Below are positions 41,501 through 53,679 of a stretch of 64,000 bases of DNA, in pieces. The translations under genes were made by a program, and so were the position numbers. Below the pieces are notes generated by a model that worked only from the letters and a program-made list of their open reading frames with translations, was not told where the DNA came from and did not search any database. Each line of letters starts with the position of its first letter. Positions within the stretch are counted from its first letter, which is position 1. This DNA is from Psammoneis japonica. Lineage: Eukaryota. The stretch is taken from contig QPGO01000081.1 of assembly GCA_008632985.1 (NCBI GenBank), positions 1 to 64,000 of the forward strand. Reading direction: 5' to 3'.

Positions 41501-43698
41501 CTGTCGTGCGGACTCTTTTTGCTACTGCTATTGTCGTCTCCCAAGAGATTTGCAACATCATCGGCAAAAACATTATCCTTTGTTTCGTTCTTTGCTTCCT
41601 TGGTTTCATGGGCATGACTTGCACCACCACCCACGGCTTCGTAGAGTCGTACAGCATGTGATATATCCAAAAATCTCAAAGACGTTTCCGCCAAGAGCGG
41701 AATGCATTCGGAAAATGCAATTCTCACGACAAGCGATTGATCCGTCAAGAGATGAGCGACACGTTTAAATATATATTGCGGAAACACTTTGGAATCCGAC
41801 GGCGCAAAGCTCTCGACCCGTGCCAAGGTACTCGTGAGTACACGAATGGCACCGGCTCTCACAAGGGCGTCTTGATCGTGCAACAAATCAATCGTGGTGG
41901 GTACAATGCGTTGTAGACGGGCATCGTCGGTACAAGCATGGCGACCAAGCCGCTGCAAGAGTTGCAATCCAACAAATTTGCTAGACGGCCGTTGGACGTG
42001 ACGAATCGTGACGAGAATCAATTGCAAAAAGAGCAAAAGGGAACTCTTGCAAGCTGGAGACCGGGACTCGTTCTTGTCAGTCACGTCGGTAGGAGGCTTT
42101 GATTCATCATGATGCTCTGGCTTCAAGCGGCCTGCCGCATCAGGTTCCGCTGCGACGACATTATCAATGGTTAGAGAATCTAGCTTGTCTAGTAATTCTT
42201 GGGTTTCCTTCATCAACTTGTCCAGGTCATTCTCTTGTGGATGGTTATCTTTGTCCCCGCCTATATCTTGTTGTTGTTGTAGATCCGTCTCCTTGATATC
42301 GTCGCCGTCGTTCTCATTCTTGTCCAGCTTGATAATGGTTTCACCCAAGATTTGATCAAAATAGGCTTGTCCATTCTCATCATGAATACCAAGACAGGCA
42401 AACAATACTCTATCATAGTAGGAAGCCGCCATGGCAATACGAGCATCGGGTGTAATGACTGTTTGGTTCTTGGGAGCACAAATCACCTTTTGAAACAGCT
42501 CGGTAAACAAATCAAATGTCTCCGGCATGACAGGTGACCAAGAAGTGGATGGCTGTGACGTTGTTGTGTTTTTTGCGTCCGAGGTTGAAGTACTCCTGTC
42601 AACGTCTCTTCCACTACTGCTCCCTTGTTGTTGTTGTTGTTGTTCGAGTCGTTGCAGATACTCCTTTGCTGACAGTCGCTCTTTGGGATTCAAGTGCAAC
42701 ATGTGTCGACAGGCAGCACGGGTCGAAGACGATTCAATCTTGTGTAGATTGGATAAAAGTGCCGCCGTCAAGGTGCCCTGTCGACGATATTCCATCAAAT
42801 CGCCCAAATCCATGGCACGTTCACCGTTCAAAAAGAGTTCCATCATGCAACAACCGACACTAAAAATGTCACTGGCCGGTGTCAATCGTGTCAAGCGTGT
42901 GTTGTTTGTTTCTGTTGGAGCCGTAATAGTAGATGTTCTCGAGGGAGTATAGAAACGTTCCGGTGCCAAATAACAACGCTTTTCAGCACGCGGTGACGTT
43001 GTTTTTGTTGTGGAAGAATGTTGTTGTAATTGTTCTTGAAAATAATACAAATACATGGACGGATCATCATCGGGTAAGGCCGTCACGTTGTGTTTATAGG
43101 ATGAAACATCCAACAGAATGACATGATTCCAACTCGTCAAACCGATATTTTCCGTTGTGAGGAAACCATGCACCACTTTTTTGTCGTGCAAGTGTTGTAC
43201 CGCACGCAACAATTGTCGCAAGACCCATTGTTTTTCCACAACGTGCAAAAAGGGCCGACACGCTAATCGATCCGACAGTGTCGTGTACACGTGACTTCGC
43301 ATGACATAAATCGGAATCACATTCGGATTGGCAGCAGCAGCAGCAGCAGAAGTAGGAGTCCCCACTTTCCAATACAAAAAAGGTGCCACATTTACCGAAG
43401 CATCATCTCGTAGTGCTTGTTTGATGCGACGTAATTCGGCCTCTTGTTGTTCCAACGATTCCTCCAATTGCTTTGCAGGTACATACATGGATTTGACGAC
43501 TACCAAATTACCAAGGGATGAATTCTTGAGCAAAAAGGTTTTGGACATGCGTCCCGAACCGGGAACCAAACGTTGCTCCACACTGTAGTTGGGAAAATTC
43601 CCAGCCAAGTCCAACTCTTCGTCCTGTATGGAGATTGTTGTTGCTGCACTTGTTGTTGTACTCGGAGGAGTGGATGACGACGAGTGATGAGCGCCCAT
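38503..43698 (-). CDS. VPS15: Phosphoinositide 3-kinase regulatory subunit 4 (Vps15), 1731 aa, apparently intronless
   Basis: Gly2 myristoylation site; kinase region TLSDRL..RPFL..EKQW, LP.DDPS..YYF, RCYLAPERF; HEAT region LAFLNDRRDWQLR; C-terminal WD40 repeats. Confidence 0.95.
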   Translation of the reverse strand: MGAHHSSSSTPPSTTTSAATTISIQDEELDLAGNFPNYSVEQRLVPGSGRMSKTFLLKNSSLGNLVVVKSMYVPAKQLEESLEQQEAELRRIKQALRDDASVNVAPFLYWKVGTPTSAAAAAANPNVIPIYVMRSHVYTTLSDRLACRPFLHVVEKQWVLRQLLRAVQHLHDKKVVHGFLTTENIGLTSWNHVILLDVSSYKHNVTALPDDDPSMYLYYFQEQLQQHSSTTKTTSPRAEKRCYLAPERFYTPSRTSTITAPTETNNTRLTRLTPASDIFSVGCCMMELFLNGERAMDLGDLMEYRRQGTLTAALLSNLHKIESSSTRAACRHMLHLNPKERLSAKEYLQRLEQQQQQQGSSSGRDVDRSTSTSDAKNTTTSQPSTSWSPVMPETFDLFTELFQKVICAPKNQTVITPDARIAMAASYYDRVLFACLGIHDENGQAYFDQILGETIIKLDKNENDGDDIKETDLQQQQDIGGDKDNHPQENDLDKLMKETQELLDKLDSLTIDNVVAAEPDAAGRLKPEHHDESKPPTDVTDKNESRSPACKSSLLLFLQLILVTIRHVQRPSSKFVGLQLLQRLGRHACTDDARLQRIVPTTIDLLHDQDALVRAGAIRVLTSTLARVESFAPSDSKVFPQYIFKRVAHLLTDQSLVVRIAFSECIPLLAETSLRFLDISHAVRLYEAVGGGASHAHETKEAKNETKDNVFADDVANLLGDDNSSSKKSPHDSGSTGLDHAKASSGSSTPLENQKITSSTGDKTLISNTYNVELAGLHEMVSRWVMHIATDQSEQSSPPKLGLLHDLPRLCNFFGRDGVIAFILPQILAFLNDRRDWQLRASLFEHLPSLCFIVGRAATEHFVLPCLETALVDGEDLVMSQALLCLAALVELGLLSRSALVGTPAYSSEADATGRSRSNGKNIGLFERYSPLLLYPSAYVRNGAIKLVNAASVAMGFPDRDVFLVPLLRPYLRFEPTERHLTTSEGLRACLSPPWTKERLREELDNLDKLQSFSPTSGKWTSIGIDVQDGNDGGNGPSHMHTAGIDSRSPPLVGSNSSQVTSYLRMLSRSRKLVFDPLSRKEFLQSKLANAIEGNPKLAQQVKFPSQRYTGQRSAHLPMWYSDLRDFSQSNESYCSETCGIRSVATLSKVYGLSLMPLSTPAEEDKALLDAAMTSEGDVFPDDKRLTEADAKQILTSSESKVIDSASTGEWGAEARLDPSDVDTMLLTSKLKGLSVPPLPPNLGVLRERSRQAVTSQRPSSASPKDTSSREWRPKSDALLASSSLKSGHSAPVSRLAVTKDQGFFVSASHDGTCRVWELRQAEDSVGILESSLTYSGHTEDAGHAYPRINDVAIVENSHSVVSGASDGSVHVWRVDAVTTSKKIAEKFATGTGDTYEMSRVSGSSLIRKIDPVEGEVLAVSHFNTPSASILSFATQKGLVHSWDLRSAREPFVFKHRPDIGYLTSMSLGNDRHWMVTGTSRGFLALWDIRFQQMVKLWQHSSASPVNRLATSYSALPHGHNVSSNDARPYMFAACGPNECSMFDIASSSCCQCFRVIEPGTGYMDPPATTLPSLREVPITTNYHSRSMRKHIRLPDGFNFASTASKGRMTGMVGSVGGHEKRDYLITGGSDCHIRYFDFLSPTKCYTISGGQQRPTFARVDFDYGRLISCRENEPLGVGEIESSKIPRKLQRGLSKPETKHHDSITDLKMISYPMRTLLSCSYDGAIKLWR

Positions 43699-44067
43699 GA
43701 CTGAACAAAGAAAAGAGTTATAGAGTATAGCAATATAAAGTGGCTGTGTTGTAAAGGATGATAAAATATGTCAGAGCATTCAGAGTGATAAAGTAACTTG
43801 GCTGTCCGATTCAATCTTGTGATGTTTGTCAGTATGATTGGGTGATTGGTGCCCACAGATATTGAGCCCCAAAAGACCGTTTTGCACGGAAGATAACCCT
43901 TTGACACATGGCCACTATTGTTTGGGGCCTGGCCCCAAATAATGCGCCATTCTGATTGGTCTAAATAAATAAATCCATAAGTAAATTTTGGCGGGAAAAT
44001 AATGGCTAAATCGCTTGGGGCCTGGCCCCAAATAAGCCATGTGCAGGGGTTGTGAGTCCCGAAAAAC

Positions 44068-44477
44068 AGGGTTTGGGCCGATTTCTGGTACAAAACTCAC
44101 GTAGAAAATTCGCGTAGAATATCTTGTTCGTCGTGCTTTTCCCGTGCTTTGCGAAAAATAGGCCACGACCTCAAGGAATCGATTTCAGTCATAACGGTTG
44201 ACACTTTGCGTACTTACTTTTTGATGACAAACACGACGATGTCCACCGTTCGGCAAAATTCCATCATTGGAAAATGTTTGCCGTGGTGGGACCGTGGTGA
44301 AGTGTTGATCGAATTTCTGAAAATGGAATTTTGAAGTGTTCACTCACAGAATCGTGTCACCCATGTAAAAGTCATCATGTAAAGTGTCAATGGTTTCAGG
44401 GGGAAACGATTCCTTGAGGCGTCGGTGGAGCAGAGAAGCACGGTAGAAGCACGCTAAAAAAATCGGCCCAAACCCTA
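44068..44477. mobile_element. Fold-back element with long degenerate inverted repeats (MULE/MITE-like)
   Basis: agggtttgggccgattt / aaatcggcccaaaccct; cctcaaggaatcg / cgattccttgagg; ttgacacttt / aaagtgtcaa. No TSD identified. Confidence 0.6.
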
Positions 44478-46014
44478 ATTTTTGTAATTTTTTCTACGTG
44501 GAATTTCTGCGTGATTTTTGCACCAGTGCACATGGCTTGTGCACAAGGTTCGAGTGACGAATGTGCTCGAGGCATTGAAAGATTTTCATGGCTGTTTATG
44601 TCGATTGTTGCACTGGTGTGTCAAGCGATCACACGCAAAAACCCAGACGAGAAAACGAGATTTTTTGCCTCCGCAACAGCATCCACAGATGGCGACTCGA
44701 CCGCCATTTCGGCGGCCGGAGAAAATGGCAGGAAAGCTGCAACCGTCACATGCAGGAATCTCAGATTTCAGAACCATTTGTTGGTGGAAACAAAAAATGA
44801 AAAGGAGTGGTTGAAAGTGCCGCATGGCAACAAACATCAAACCACCATGAGTTCGATTCTTGTTCTTGCTTGTTGACGCAAAGTCAAATCTTACGGTGCC
44901 AAAATGACCAACAATCAAAATGAAAGTTATGATGTAGATTAAATCAAGCATGGTTGTTTTGATCGTGTTGTTTTCATTTGTCTCAGACAACGATGAGGTG
45001 GTCGCCGTGTCGCGAACCTGACATTGTCGACTTCCCCCTGATTTGCCGTGTTGTTTGCTCTTCTGTGATTGACACACCATTGATTCGGATGGAAAACAAC
45101 CATGTGGCCAAAGTGACAACTAAATGGACACACACAAACACACAGAGTTCATGCTGTGAAGACCTGTCAGAACAGAGAGCAAATGGGGTCTCGCATCCTG
45201 AAACCGCCATTGTCGAGTCGTCGTGGTTCCCGTTTGCAAGAGCAGGCATTGTGCTCAAATTGTGGTTGTCAAGATTCCGTCAGACAAAATGTCTGACCAT
45301 TAAATTCTCATTTGGGGCCTGGCCCCAAACAAGCAATTTCATGTGTCAAAGGGACAACAGACGGAAAATCTGAAAAATGCACGCATGCATGAAAAGTGGG
45401 GGATGAGCACGCAGGCAACACTTTGTGAACTGTGCACGAAATGTGCCAGGGTTTGTGTGGAATTTGACAATGACACAATTCCATTTTGATGGCGACAAGC
45501 AGAAACACACATGGTTTTCCAGTGCAAATTTGACAGCGATGCCACAGACGGAATCATTGTCAACACGCCAAAAACTGCATCAGGTTTTCGATCACAGGGA
45601 ATTCCTTGTTTGGAGATTGACTTCCCCAGACAAGGAAAGACAAGGAACCAAGAAAAGGAAAAATTAATTGGTCATTCAATGTGCAGTTGCAACCATCATG
45701 ATCCTTTCATCTGGCTAGAAGTTGATTTGTCCAGAGCCTCTGGCTGCCAAAACACCTCTTTTTGTGCAATGCACTCAATGGGTGAGGCAGACACCACTGG
45801 GGGGCACTTTCTCAAGGACAAAAAGATGTGCTTCCATGGGGTTTCTTCAAGTGCAATCTGCTTGAAGCAAGCCCACAAAAGCTCAAGTTGGTGTGGCAAA
45901 TCTGGTGCACATTGTGCAACAAAACAAAAGAGGAAAGCCTCTTTGTTTCCTTCATTCAACAAGCCAATGAGGGGGGAATCAAGATGTCCCGTGAGCATGA
46001 GTGGGGTTTTGGGT

Positions 46015-48998
46015 TGACAGAAATTGAAGGGCAAATGGCAAGAATTCAAACAACAACTCCTCACTGCTGTCTAAATGGCAGATGAGTCTCCACTCAGAGA
46101 CCGTCACAGGAGCCGAAAGACGTGCAAGTCGGCACAATCGGGCTGCTGTTGTCATTCTTGTGAGCTGTGTGGCTCAAAAGCAAACTGCATCGCACGCGCA
46201 CGTGTGGAACTAAAGAGCACACAAAACTGTGTGCGGTGAACTAAATGACACGCGACATTTTGTGCGCACCCAAATCTTGTTCAAATCCTGTCACTCCCCA
46301 GTTTGCTTGAGGAGTCACAGAAACAGATTCGAAGCCAGATTGGTTGAAAGCCTTGGGATCGAAGTTCCAAAACATTAGAGGATGAAGGAGGTTCCAGATT
46401 TGGGAGTGACCCCAATGCTTGCTGAGGATGTCAGCCGGGTTGCGGGAGCCTTCGACAAAATGAAACTCGAGGAAACCGGAGGCAATCGCCTCACGCACAT
46501 GATGGAATGAGAGGGCGGTGTGTCACTTGTGTAACTTGGAGTGCGGGATGGCAGCACTGTCCACAACCGACTTGTTGTTTTCAGGAAGATCATCATTTGC
46601 AGGCCACGGAGAGACACTGCTCTGGAACAGACACTGTCAACGGGCACATCTGTGAGGTGTCCATCAGCAACAAGCCTTGCTTTGTGCTGTCCATCATGTT
46701 TGACGTCACAGATGAGATGCGCCCGGATCTTCTTGTGTCCTGATGGAGCACTAGAATCGTTGTGGTGTCCGCAGTTGTGGAAGACCTTGCACTCATCAAG
46801 CTGAGTCAGACAATGCCACAGAGCCCGCATCGTCAAAGCCGTTGCATCTCCCCACTTGCGGTTGCCGTTGTGCTCATCAAGGGCCATGGCATGCTTGCAG
46901 TCCCGTGGCACTTCATGCCCTGCTTGCATCACGGCGCAGTGCAAAAGGAGCACAACTTGGCTTGGTTGGCCATGCGGAACAGCTTCTTCTGATTGACAGG
47001 ATTTGGGCAAACTGTCAATGACAGAAATTGAAGGCAAATGGCAAGAATTCAAACAACAACTCCTCACTGCTGTCTAAATGGCAGATGAGTCTCCGCTCAG
47101 AGACCGTCACAGGAGCCGAAAGACGTGCAAGTCGGCACAATCGGGCTGCTGTTGTCATTCTTGTGAGCTGTGTGGCTCAAAAGCAAACTGCACTGCGCGT
47201 GCGCGTGGAACTGAAGAGCACACAAAACTGTGTGCGGTGAACTAAATGGCGCGTGACATTTCGCGCGCACCCAAATCTTGTTCAAATCCTGTCACTCCAC
47301 AGTTTGCGTGAGGAGTCACAGAAACAGATTCAAAGTCGCATTGGTTGAAAGCCTTGGGATCGAAGTTCCAAAACATTAGAGGATGAAGGAGGTTCCAGAT
47401 TTGGGAGTGACCCCAATGCTTGCTGAGGATGTCAGCCAGGTTGTGGGAGCCTTCGACAAAATGAAACTCGAGGAAACCGGAGGCAATCGCCTCACGCACA
47501 CGATGGAATGAGAGGGTGGTGTGTCACTTGTGTAACTTGGAGTGCGGGATGGCAGCACTGTCCACAACCGACTTGTTGTTTTCAGGAAGATCATCATTTG
47601 CAGGCCACGGAGAGACACTGCTCCGGAACAGACGCTGTCAACGGGCACATCTGTGAGGTGTCCATCAGCAACAAGCCTTGCTTTGTGCCGTCCGTCATGT
47701 TTGATGTCACATGTGAGATGCGCCCGGATCTTCTTGTGTCCTGATGGAGCACTGGAATCGTTGTGGTGTCCGCATGTTGTGGAAGACCTTGCACTCATCA
47801 AGCTGAGTCAGACAATGCCACAGAGCCCGCATCGTCAAAGCCGTTGCATCTCCCCACTTGCGGTTGCCGTTGTGCTCATCAAGGGCCATGGCATGCTTGC
47901 AGTCCCGTGGCACTTCATGCCCATGCTTGCATCATGGCACAGTGCAAAAGGAGCACAACTTGGCTTGGTTGGCCATGCGGAACAGCTTCTTCTGATTGAC
48001 AGGATTTGGGCAAACTGTCAATGACAGAAATTGAAGGCAAATGGCAAGAATTCAAACAACAACTCCTCACTGCTGTCTAAATGGCAGATGAGTCTCTGCT
48101 CAGAGACCGTCACAGGAGCTGAAAGACGTGCAAGTCAGCACAATCAGGCTGCTGTTGTCATTCTTGTGAGCTGTGTGGCTCAAAAGCAAACTGCATTGCG
48201 CGTGCGCGTGGAACTGAAGAGCACACAAAACTGTGTGCGGTGAACTAAATGGCGCACGACATTTCGCGCGCACCCAAATCTTGTTCAAATCCTGTCACTC
48301 CACAGTTTGCTTGAGGAGTCACAGAAACAGATTCGAGGTCACATTGGTTGAAAGCCTTGGGATCGAAGTTCCAAAACATTAGAGGATGAAGGAGGTTCCA
48401 GATTTGGGAGTGACCCCAATGCTTGCTGAGGATGTCAGCTGGGTTGTGGGAGCCTTCGACAAAATGAAACTCGAGGAAACCGGAGGCAATTGCCTCACGC
48501 ACACGATGGAATGAGAGGGTGGTGTGTCACTTGTGTGACTTGGAGTGCGGGATGGCAGCACTGTCCACAACCGACTTGTTGTTTTCAGGAAGATCATCAT
48601 TTGCAGGCCACGGAGAGACACTGCTCCGGAACAGACACTGTCAACGGGCACATCTGTGAGGTGTCCATCAGCAACAAGCCTTGCTTTGTGCCGTCCGTCA
48701 TGTTTGATGTCACAGATGAGATGCGCCCAGATCTTCTTGTGTCCTGATGGAGCACTGGAATCGTTGTGGTGTCCGCAGTTGTGGAAGACCTTGCACTCAT
48801 CAAGCTGAGTCAGACAACACCACAGAGCCCGCATCGTCAAAGCCGTTGCGTCTCCCCACTTGCGGTTGCCGTTGTGCTCATCAAGGGCCATGGCATGCTT
48901 GCAGTCCCATGGCACTTCATGCCCGTGCTTGCATCACGGCGCAGTGCAAAAGGAGCGTAACTTGGCTTGGTTGGCCATGCGGAACAGCTTCTTCTGAT
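46015..48998 (-). repeat. Three ~1003-bp tandem units of an internally deleted family-A-related copia (LTR, RNase H end, RT start)
   Basis: ORFs 46241/47242/48245 are near-identical; each unit has PPT+LTR. Confidence 0.9.
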
Positions 48999-49278
48999 TG
49001 ACAGGATTTGAATGGGATTCAGGTGCGCGCAAAACATCGCGCGCCATTTAGTTTGCCGTGCACAGTTTTGTGTGCTCTTTAGTTCCGCGCGTGCGTGCGC
49101 GATGCAGTTTGCTTTCGAGCCACAAGTGCTCACAAGAACAATGACAGCATCCTGATTGTGCTGACTTGCATGTCTTTCGGCTCCTGCAACGGTCTCTGAG
49201 CGGAGACTCATCTGCCATTTAGACAGCAGCAAGGAGTCATTGTTTGAATTCTTGCCATTTGCCATTCAATTTCTGTCA
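48999..49278 (+). mobile_element. Solo family-A LTR
   Basis: TGACAGGATTTG..TTTCTGTCA; flanks CTGAT/CTGAG (imperfect TSD); interrupts a copia pol segment. Confidence 0.85.
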
Positions 49279-50241
49279 CTGAGGAAGGGTCATCTTGCAA
49301 AAGCATCTCCATCCTTTGGTTTCTAGAAGGCTGTGCTCACGCATGCAGACAGCACAGGTGACGGGGTTGTCCTTGGCAATGATGGCAAGGGGTTCGGACG
49401 TGATCTCCCCATTCTCCCACTCAAGCATGACATTGCAGCTCAAGCCTTTCCAAGAGGGATCATGGGGTTGCAATGGTCCCTCGTGTGGCACGATGTGTCG
49501 GAACTTCCAGAGGGTGGTGTCCTCGTCTTCTTGCTCAATGTGGTGCATGATGTCATTGCAGGCTAGGACTTCCTCACATTCGTCATTGTTGATGGAACAA
49601 ATGAACTTGACCAGTTCAGGATTGTCTCCGATTTTCCAGTCATGGTCCTCAATGGCTTTGACGATGCGGGCTCTGTGGCAATGTCCATCCTCTTGTGGCT
49701 TCATGAGGAAGGTGTGTCCTGTGATGTCCTTGGGGTCAAAGACCGGCATTTTGGGCATCCTGATTGCCTCCCCATCTGGTGAATCTGGCAAATCCTTGGA
49801 GTCGTGGCGGATTTAATGACAGGTTCAGCAGATTTCTTGTCAGGAGGATCAAGACACAGGTTTGGAGCAGAGATGGATCACGGGCGGGGCGCACGTTGGA
49901 ACGGCAGGGAATCTTCTGAGTGTCGTCAGAAAGAATCTTGACCATCATTTGGTGACCAATGTGCTTGGCGATGCCAACGTCAGTGTCACTGGGCTTCACG
50001 TCGGAGCGGGCGGAAGGTGCAAATCCGGGTGGTTTCTCACCTGAACGGGCAGAAGGAGGCCGTTCAGGTGCCAGGAAACATTGCAAGTCACCAGGTGGCA
50101 GGGGCTTGTGCCTGGTGAGATGAGCCAGAATGGGGTTAGCATCGGCTGCATTGGCTGTGGCGTCGGATGGCGCGAGTTCCGATGCAAGATCATGGGTGCT
50201 GGCGGACAAGTTGACGTCGCCGTCGCTGCCAAGACGGAGCA
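49279..50241 (-). pseudogene. Copia gag / integrase C-terminal fragments
   Basis: LEWENGEITSEPL..IAKDNPVTCA; NPILAHLTRHKPLPPGDLQ. Confidence 0.85.
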
Positions 50242-50600
50242 CACTGTGCTCGAAGAACGAGCACAAACGAAAGTAGAATCAAGCATGAAAAGTGAAAATT
50301 GTGAGATTAAATTTTGCTCTGTGATTTTTGGTTTCTCCGAATGAGTTCTCAATGGCCCAAAGCTTCTGCACTGCTTCTACAGACAAAGCTTCTGCACTGC
50401 TTCTACAGACAAAAGGCCTTTCGGAGAATGTGTTCGTGACAACAGGTTGTCCGGATACGATTGCCATTGACACGTAAGATGTCAACATCGTCAATCGATT
50501 GCATTTGCAATTTTCGACATCCGATCAACTCTGTGTGATCATTCCGTCCTTTGTGCGCATCCACGACTGTGGTGCGATTGACGTGCAAACAATGTGCAAC
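50242..50600 (+). repeat. Second copy of the CACTG-initial repeat; the element probably extends further right
   Basis: Match to 172-520, with a 24-bp internal duplication. Confidence 0.6.
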
Positions 50601-53073
50601 AACAATTGTGTGTGCAACAGTCGCACACTGCATTCTCCTCCCTAATTGTGCATTGGAGTCATTCGTCAAGTGGAACAATTTGATGGACATTGACGCTGTC
50701 AATGATGTCTCCACGTTGACTGCATTGTGCCATTGGCAATGGCTGTTGTTGTTTTACATTGTGGGCCAGCATGGGGCCGTTTCACTTTCCAAATGTCTTT
50801 TGAGAGTGTCATGGTTTGTCTCACGCTCTGTGTGCACATGCAACGCTGCATGTGCACATGCACACAAATGTGCTGCAGTGTTGCGTCGAGCATTTTCTCT
50901 GACATTGTGCATTTTGTTCATGTGGACAGAAGGAGCAATTGTCCTGCTGTTCTTTCATGGTGTCGATTGCACACACCCTGGCATTCTGCCCAGTGCTTGA
51001 TGCACAGTGCGCTCTTAAGGCGGGCCATCGGCTTGTTTTTTTCGCACGTCTTTTCCGGGTTTTTACGCGTTTTTGATGGGTCGCGACAGAAAATGGCACG
51101 ACAAAAGCATGAGCGACAATGATGATGTTCGCGATGAGCGGTGAGTTGCAAAGCATCACCTCACAAGGGATGCTCATTGGTTTTGTTGTCGTCATGCAGT
51201 TCAGATTGATTTGTGTGCTTTCGTCCCTCGTGCCACTGGGCCAATTTTGAGAGACAGCGTAATTGCCGTCATCGTCATGCTTCGATCGCGGTGCCTGATG
51301 TTCTTGTTTTCGTGGGCGATTGAACAATTCTTGCATTTAAAGTCAACAATTGCAAACAAACGCATTCAAACACATTGCCAATTTTAGGATAAACGCGGAA
51401 AAAACAGGTCGGCGGTCCCACTTAATTGGCACTCACTTGCTTTACTTGCTTGTGGATTTCGTGCAGTTTGGCGGGCTCACTTCATGTGCCACATTGCTCC
51501 ATTGCACTGCCACGTTTCACAAGAAGTGGCAATTGACGATGGTCAAGGATGTGACCATTTCGTCTTGACATTCAATCCTGTGATGGTTGTGAATTCCATT
51601 GTGGATTTTTTGTGCTTCAACCATCTGTCAGTTGGATTTAAATCGTCATTTGGACGTTTCTTTTGGACACACCGGTGTCATTTTGTCTTTCCGAAGGCAC
51701 TGCTTTCGTGCACCAAGTGGACAATGTGTCCATTTTTCTTTTCTTTTTCTGAATCTTTGGCACATCTCGTGTGTCGACATGATGAGTTGTTTGTGTCTTG
51801 CCTCGTACATTGTACAATGCAACCGCACGGCCGGGTGTTGTGAGATTGTCTTTTGCCAGTGTGAAGTGGACACTACAGTCGTACACCAATCTGTCACAGA
51901 GTTTTTTTTTCTAACCATCCTTTGTGTGGAGGCGATTTTGTCCTTGTGACATGAGCATTTTTCGATTTTCGATCTCGCTCGCCTCCACGAAAAGTGTTCG
52001 TATGATGTGTCGCGTCCGACAATTTGGAGGGAAATGTCTTTATCCTGTTTTAACGGTGGGACATTGTCGCAGGATTCAATTTTCTATGGTGAGTCGGCTG
52101 ATCGCGTTTGTCGCGACGATGTTCGCCTTGCCCTCGATGTGTTTTAATTCGGGACTGAATTTTTCTGTTGCAAGTCGTCAATGCATGACTTTGTCCGTTG
52201 TGTCAATTTTACAAGTGTTTTCACTGTGGACAACAGTTCTTTTTTCCATTGTGACGCACAACATTGAAATGCGTGCATGACAACAACACAGTTTTTGATT
52301 TGATGTGCTCCACATTTTTGGAGACTTTTCATTCTGTATTTGCACTTTTGCCGTTTGACCTTCATTGAGGTGAATTTGGCTGGCATTGTGCAGGAGATCG
52401 TTGAGACTGCATGTCTCGACAGTGGCAACGTATGCCGACGAGATGTTGCAGTGTTCTTTGCGTTTTTTCAGTGTCGCGATTGTCTGAATCACCTCCATTT
52501 CTTTTGCAATCGAATGCATGTCGTTGCGCATGGAAGTCTTGATAGTTTGTCTCAAGTCAAACAGTGAAGGACTTTTGTTGTCAACCTTCTAAGCGACTGT
52601 TCCAGTCGCATGATTGCCGCATCAAGCTTTTCTTGCACAGGTGACATTTTTGAAGTCACTTTTTGTCAGGTGCAGACGATCACATGCAGTCGTTCTGACA
52701 GCTTCAAACCTGTTGTGAGTTCACTCATGTTTTGTGTAAAAATGTCTGGGGCTCTGCAGCTTCTCACAGGAAGTCCACAGCACTTGTTTTCTCCCCACGG
52801 CATGATTTTCGTGTTGGCACGACGTGTGCTTTTTTAAAATTTGACGCGACATTGTCCGTGTTCAAATTGCATGGTCGCACACACGAAACTTTCTAGTTTC
52901 TAAAGCATGTCCTGAACATTTGGCAGAGGATGCGGCGCACGTGCTGCTCTCTCATTCAGTTCACGAAAGTCGGACAGAACCCAAGATTCGACCATTTTTC
53001 TGTTTTTTAAAGGTTGGAGCTGTCCATTCAGAACAGTTTGTTTTTCTTTAGGACTTTTAGCTTGCAGAGCCTT

Positions 53074-53600
53074 TCAATCTCCTTGCAAGTTGCCTCCAAG
53101 GCTTGTGGAAACAGGAAACCTTTTGCGTGATGCGGTTTCAAGCCAGATTTCACTGCGGTGAGGTTTTCCGGTCCACTCGCCTGGAGAACCATCGAAAAGA
53201 GATTTGAATCTTTTCAAAGAGAAGATCAATTGCTTCTGCTCCTCTGGAGTCAGACAAGTTGCCGCAGCTGTCACATCATTGAGATTAGAAGCGTGACAAT
53301 GTGAGTCGAGGACCATTGGCTCCGTTGCTGACTCTGTTCACTGCGTCATTTTTTTTCAATGTGATCGGCACTCAGCTGGAAACATCGGCTTCGAAGAGTG
53401 GATCAACATTCTTCATAGATGCAGTTGCTTCTTCCTCTTTGATTTCTTCATTTGCGTGGTCCAATGTGATTTCAAGACTGGACATTAAGTCGCGTCTCAT
53501 GATCACATCATGTTGACCTGAAGAAGATTTTGTGACATCGACATGTGCTGTTTGAATGTCAGCATGTCTTAAATTTGCACAGTGAGAAACTGAATTGGTG
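53074..53600 (-). pseudogene. Ty3/Gypsy pol fragment (protease end and linker)
   Basis: HDVIMRRDLM..LEITLD (YD.IIGRDL-like); LTPEEQKQL..LKRFKSLFDGSPGEW. Confidence 0.65.
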
Positions 53601-53679
53601 TTTGCTGTCAGTCGTAAAGAGCTCACCCTTGGTTTCCCAAGTTTTTGGTGGCGGATTCTTGTGTTCTCACTTTCGCACG

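Noticed and set aside
50600..53050. Short ORFs as genes
   Set aside because: Partly TpA-depleted with no recognisable domain; probably TE interior, but I cannot classify it.
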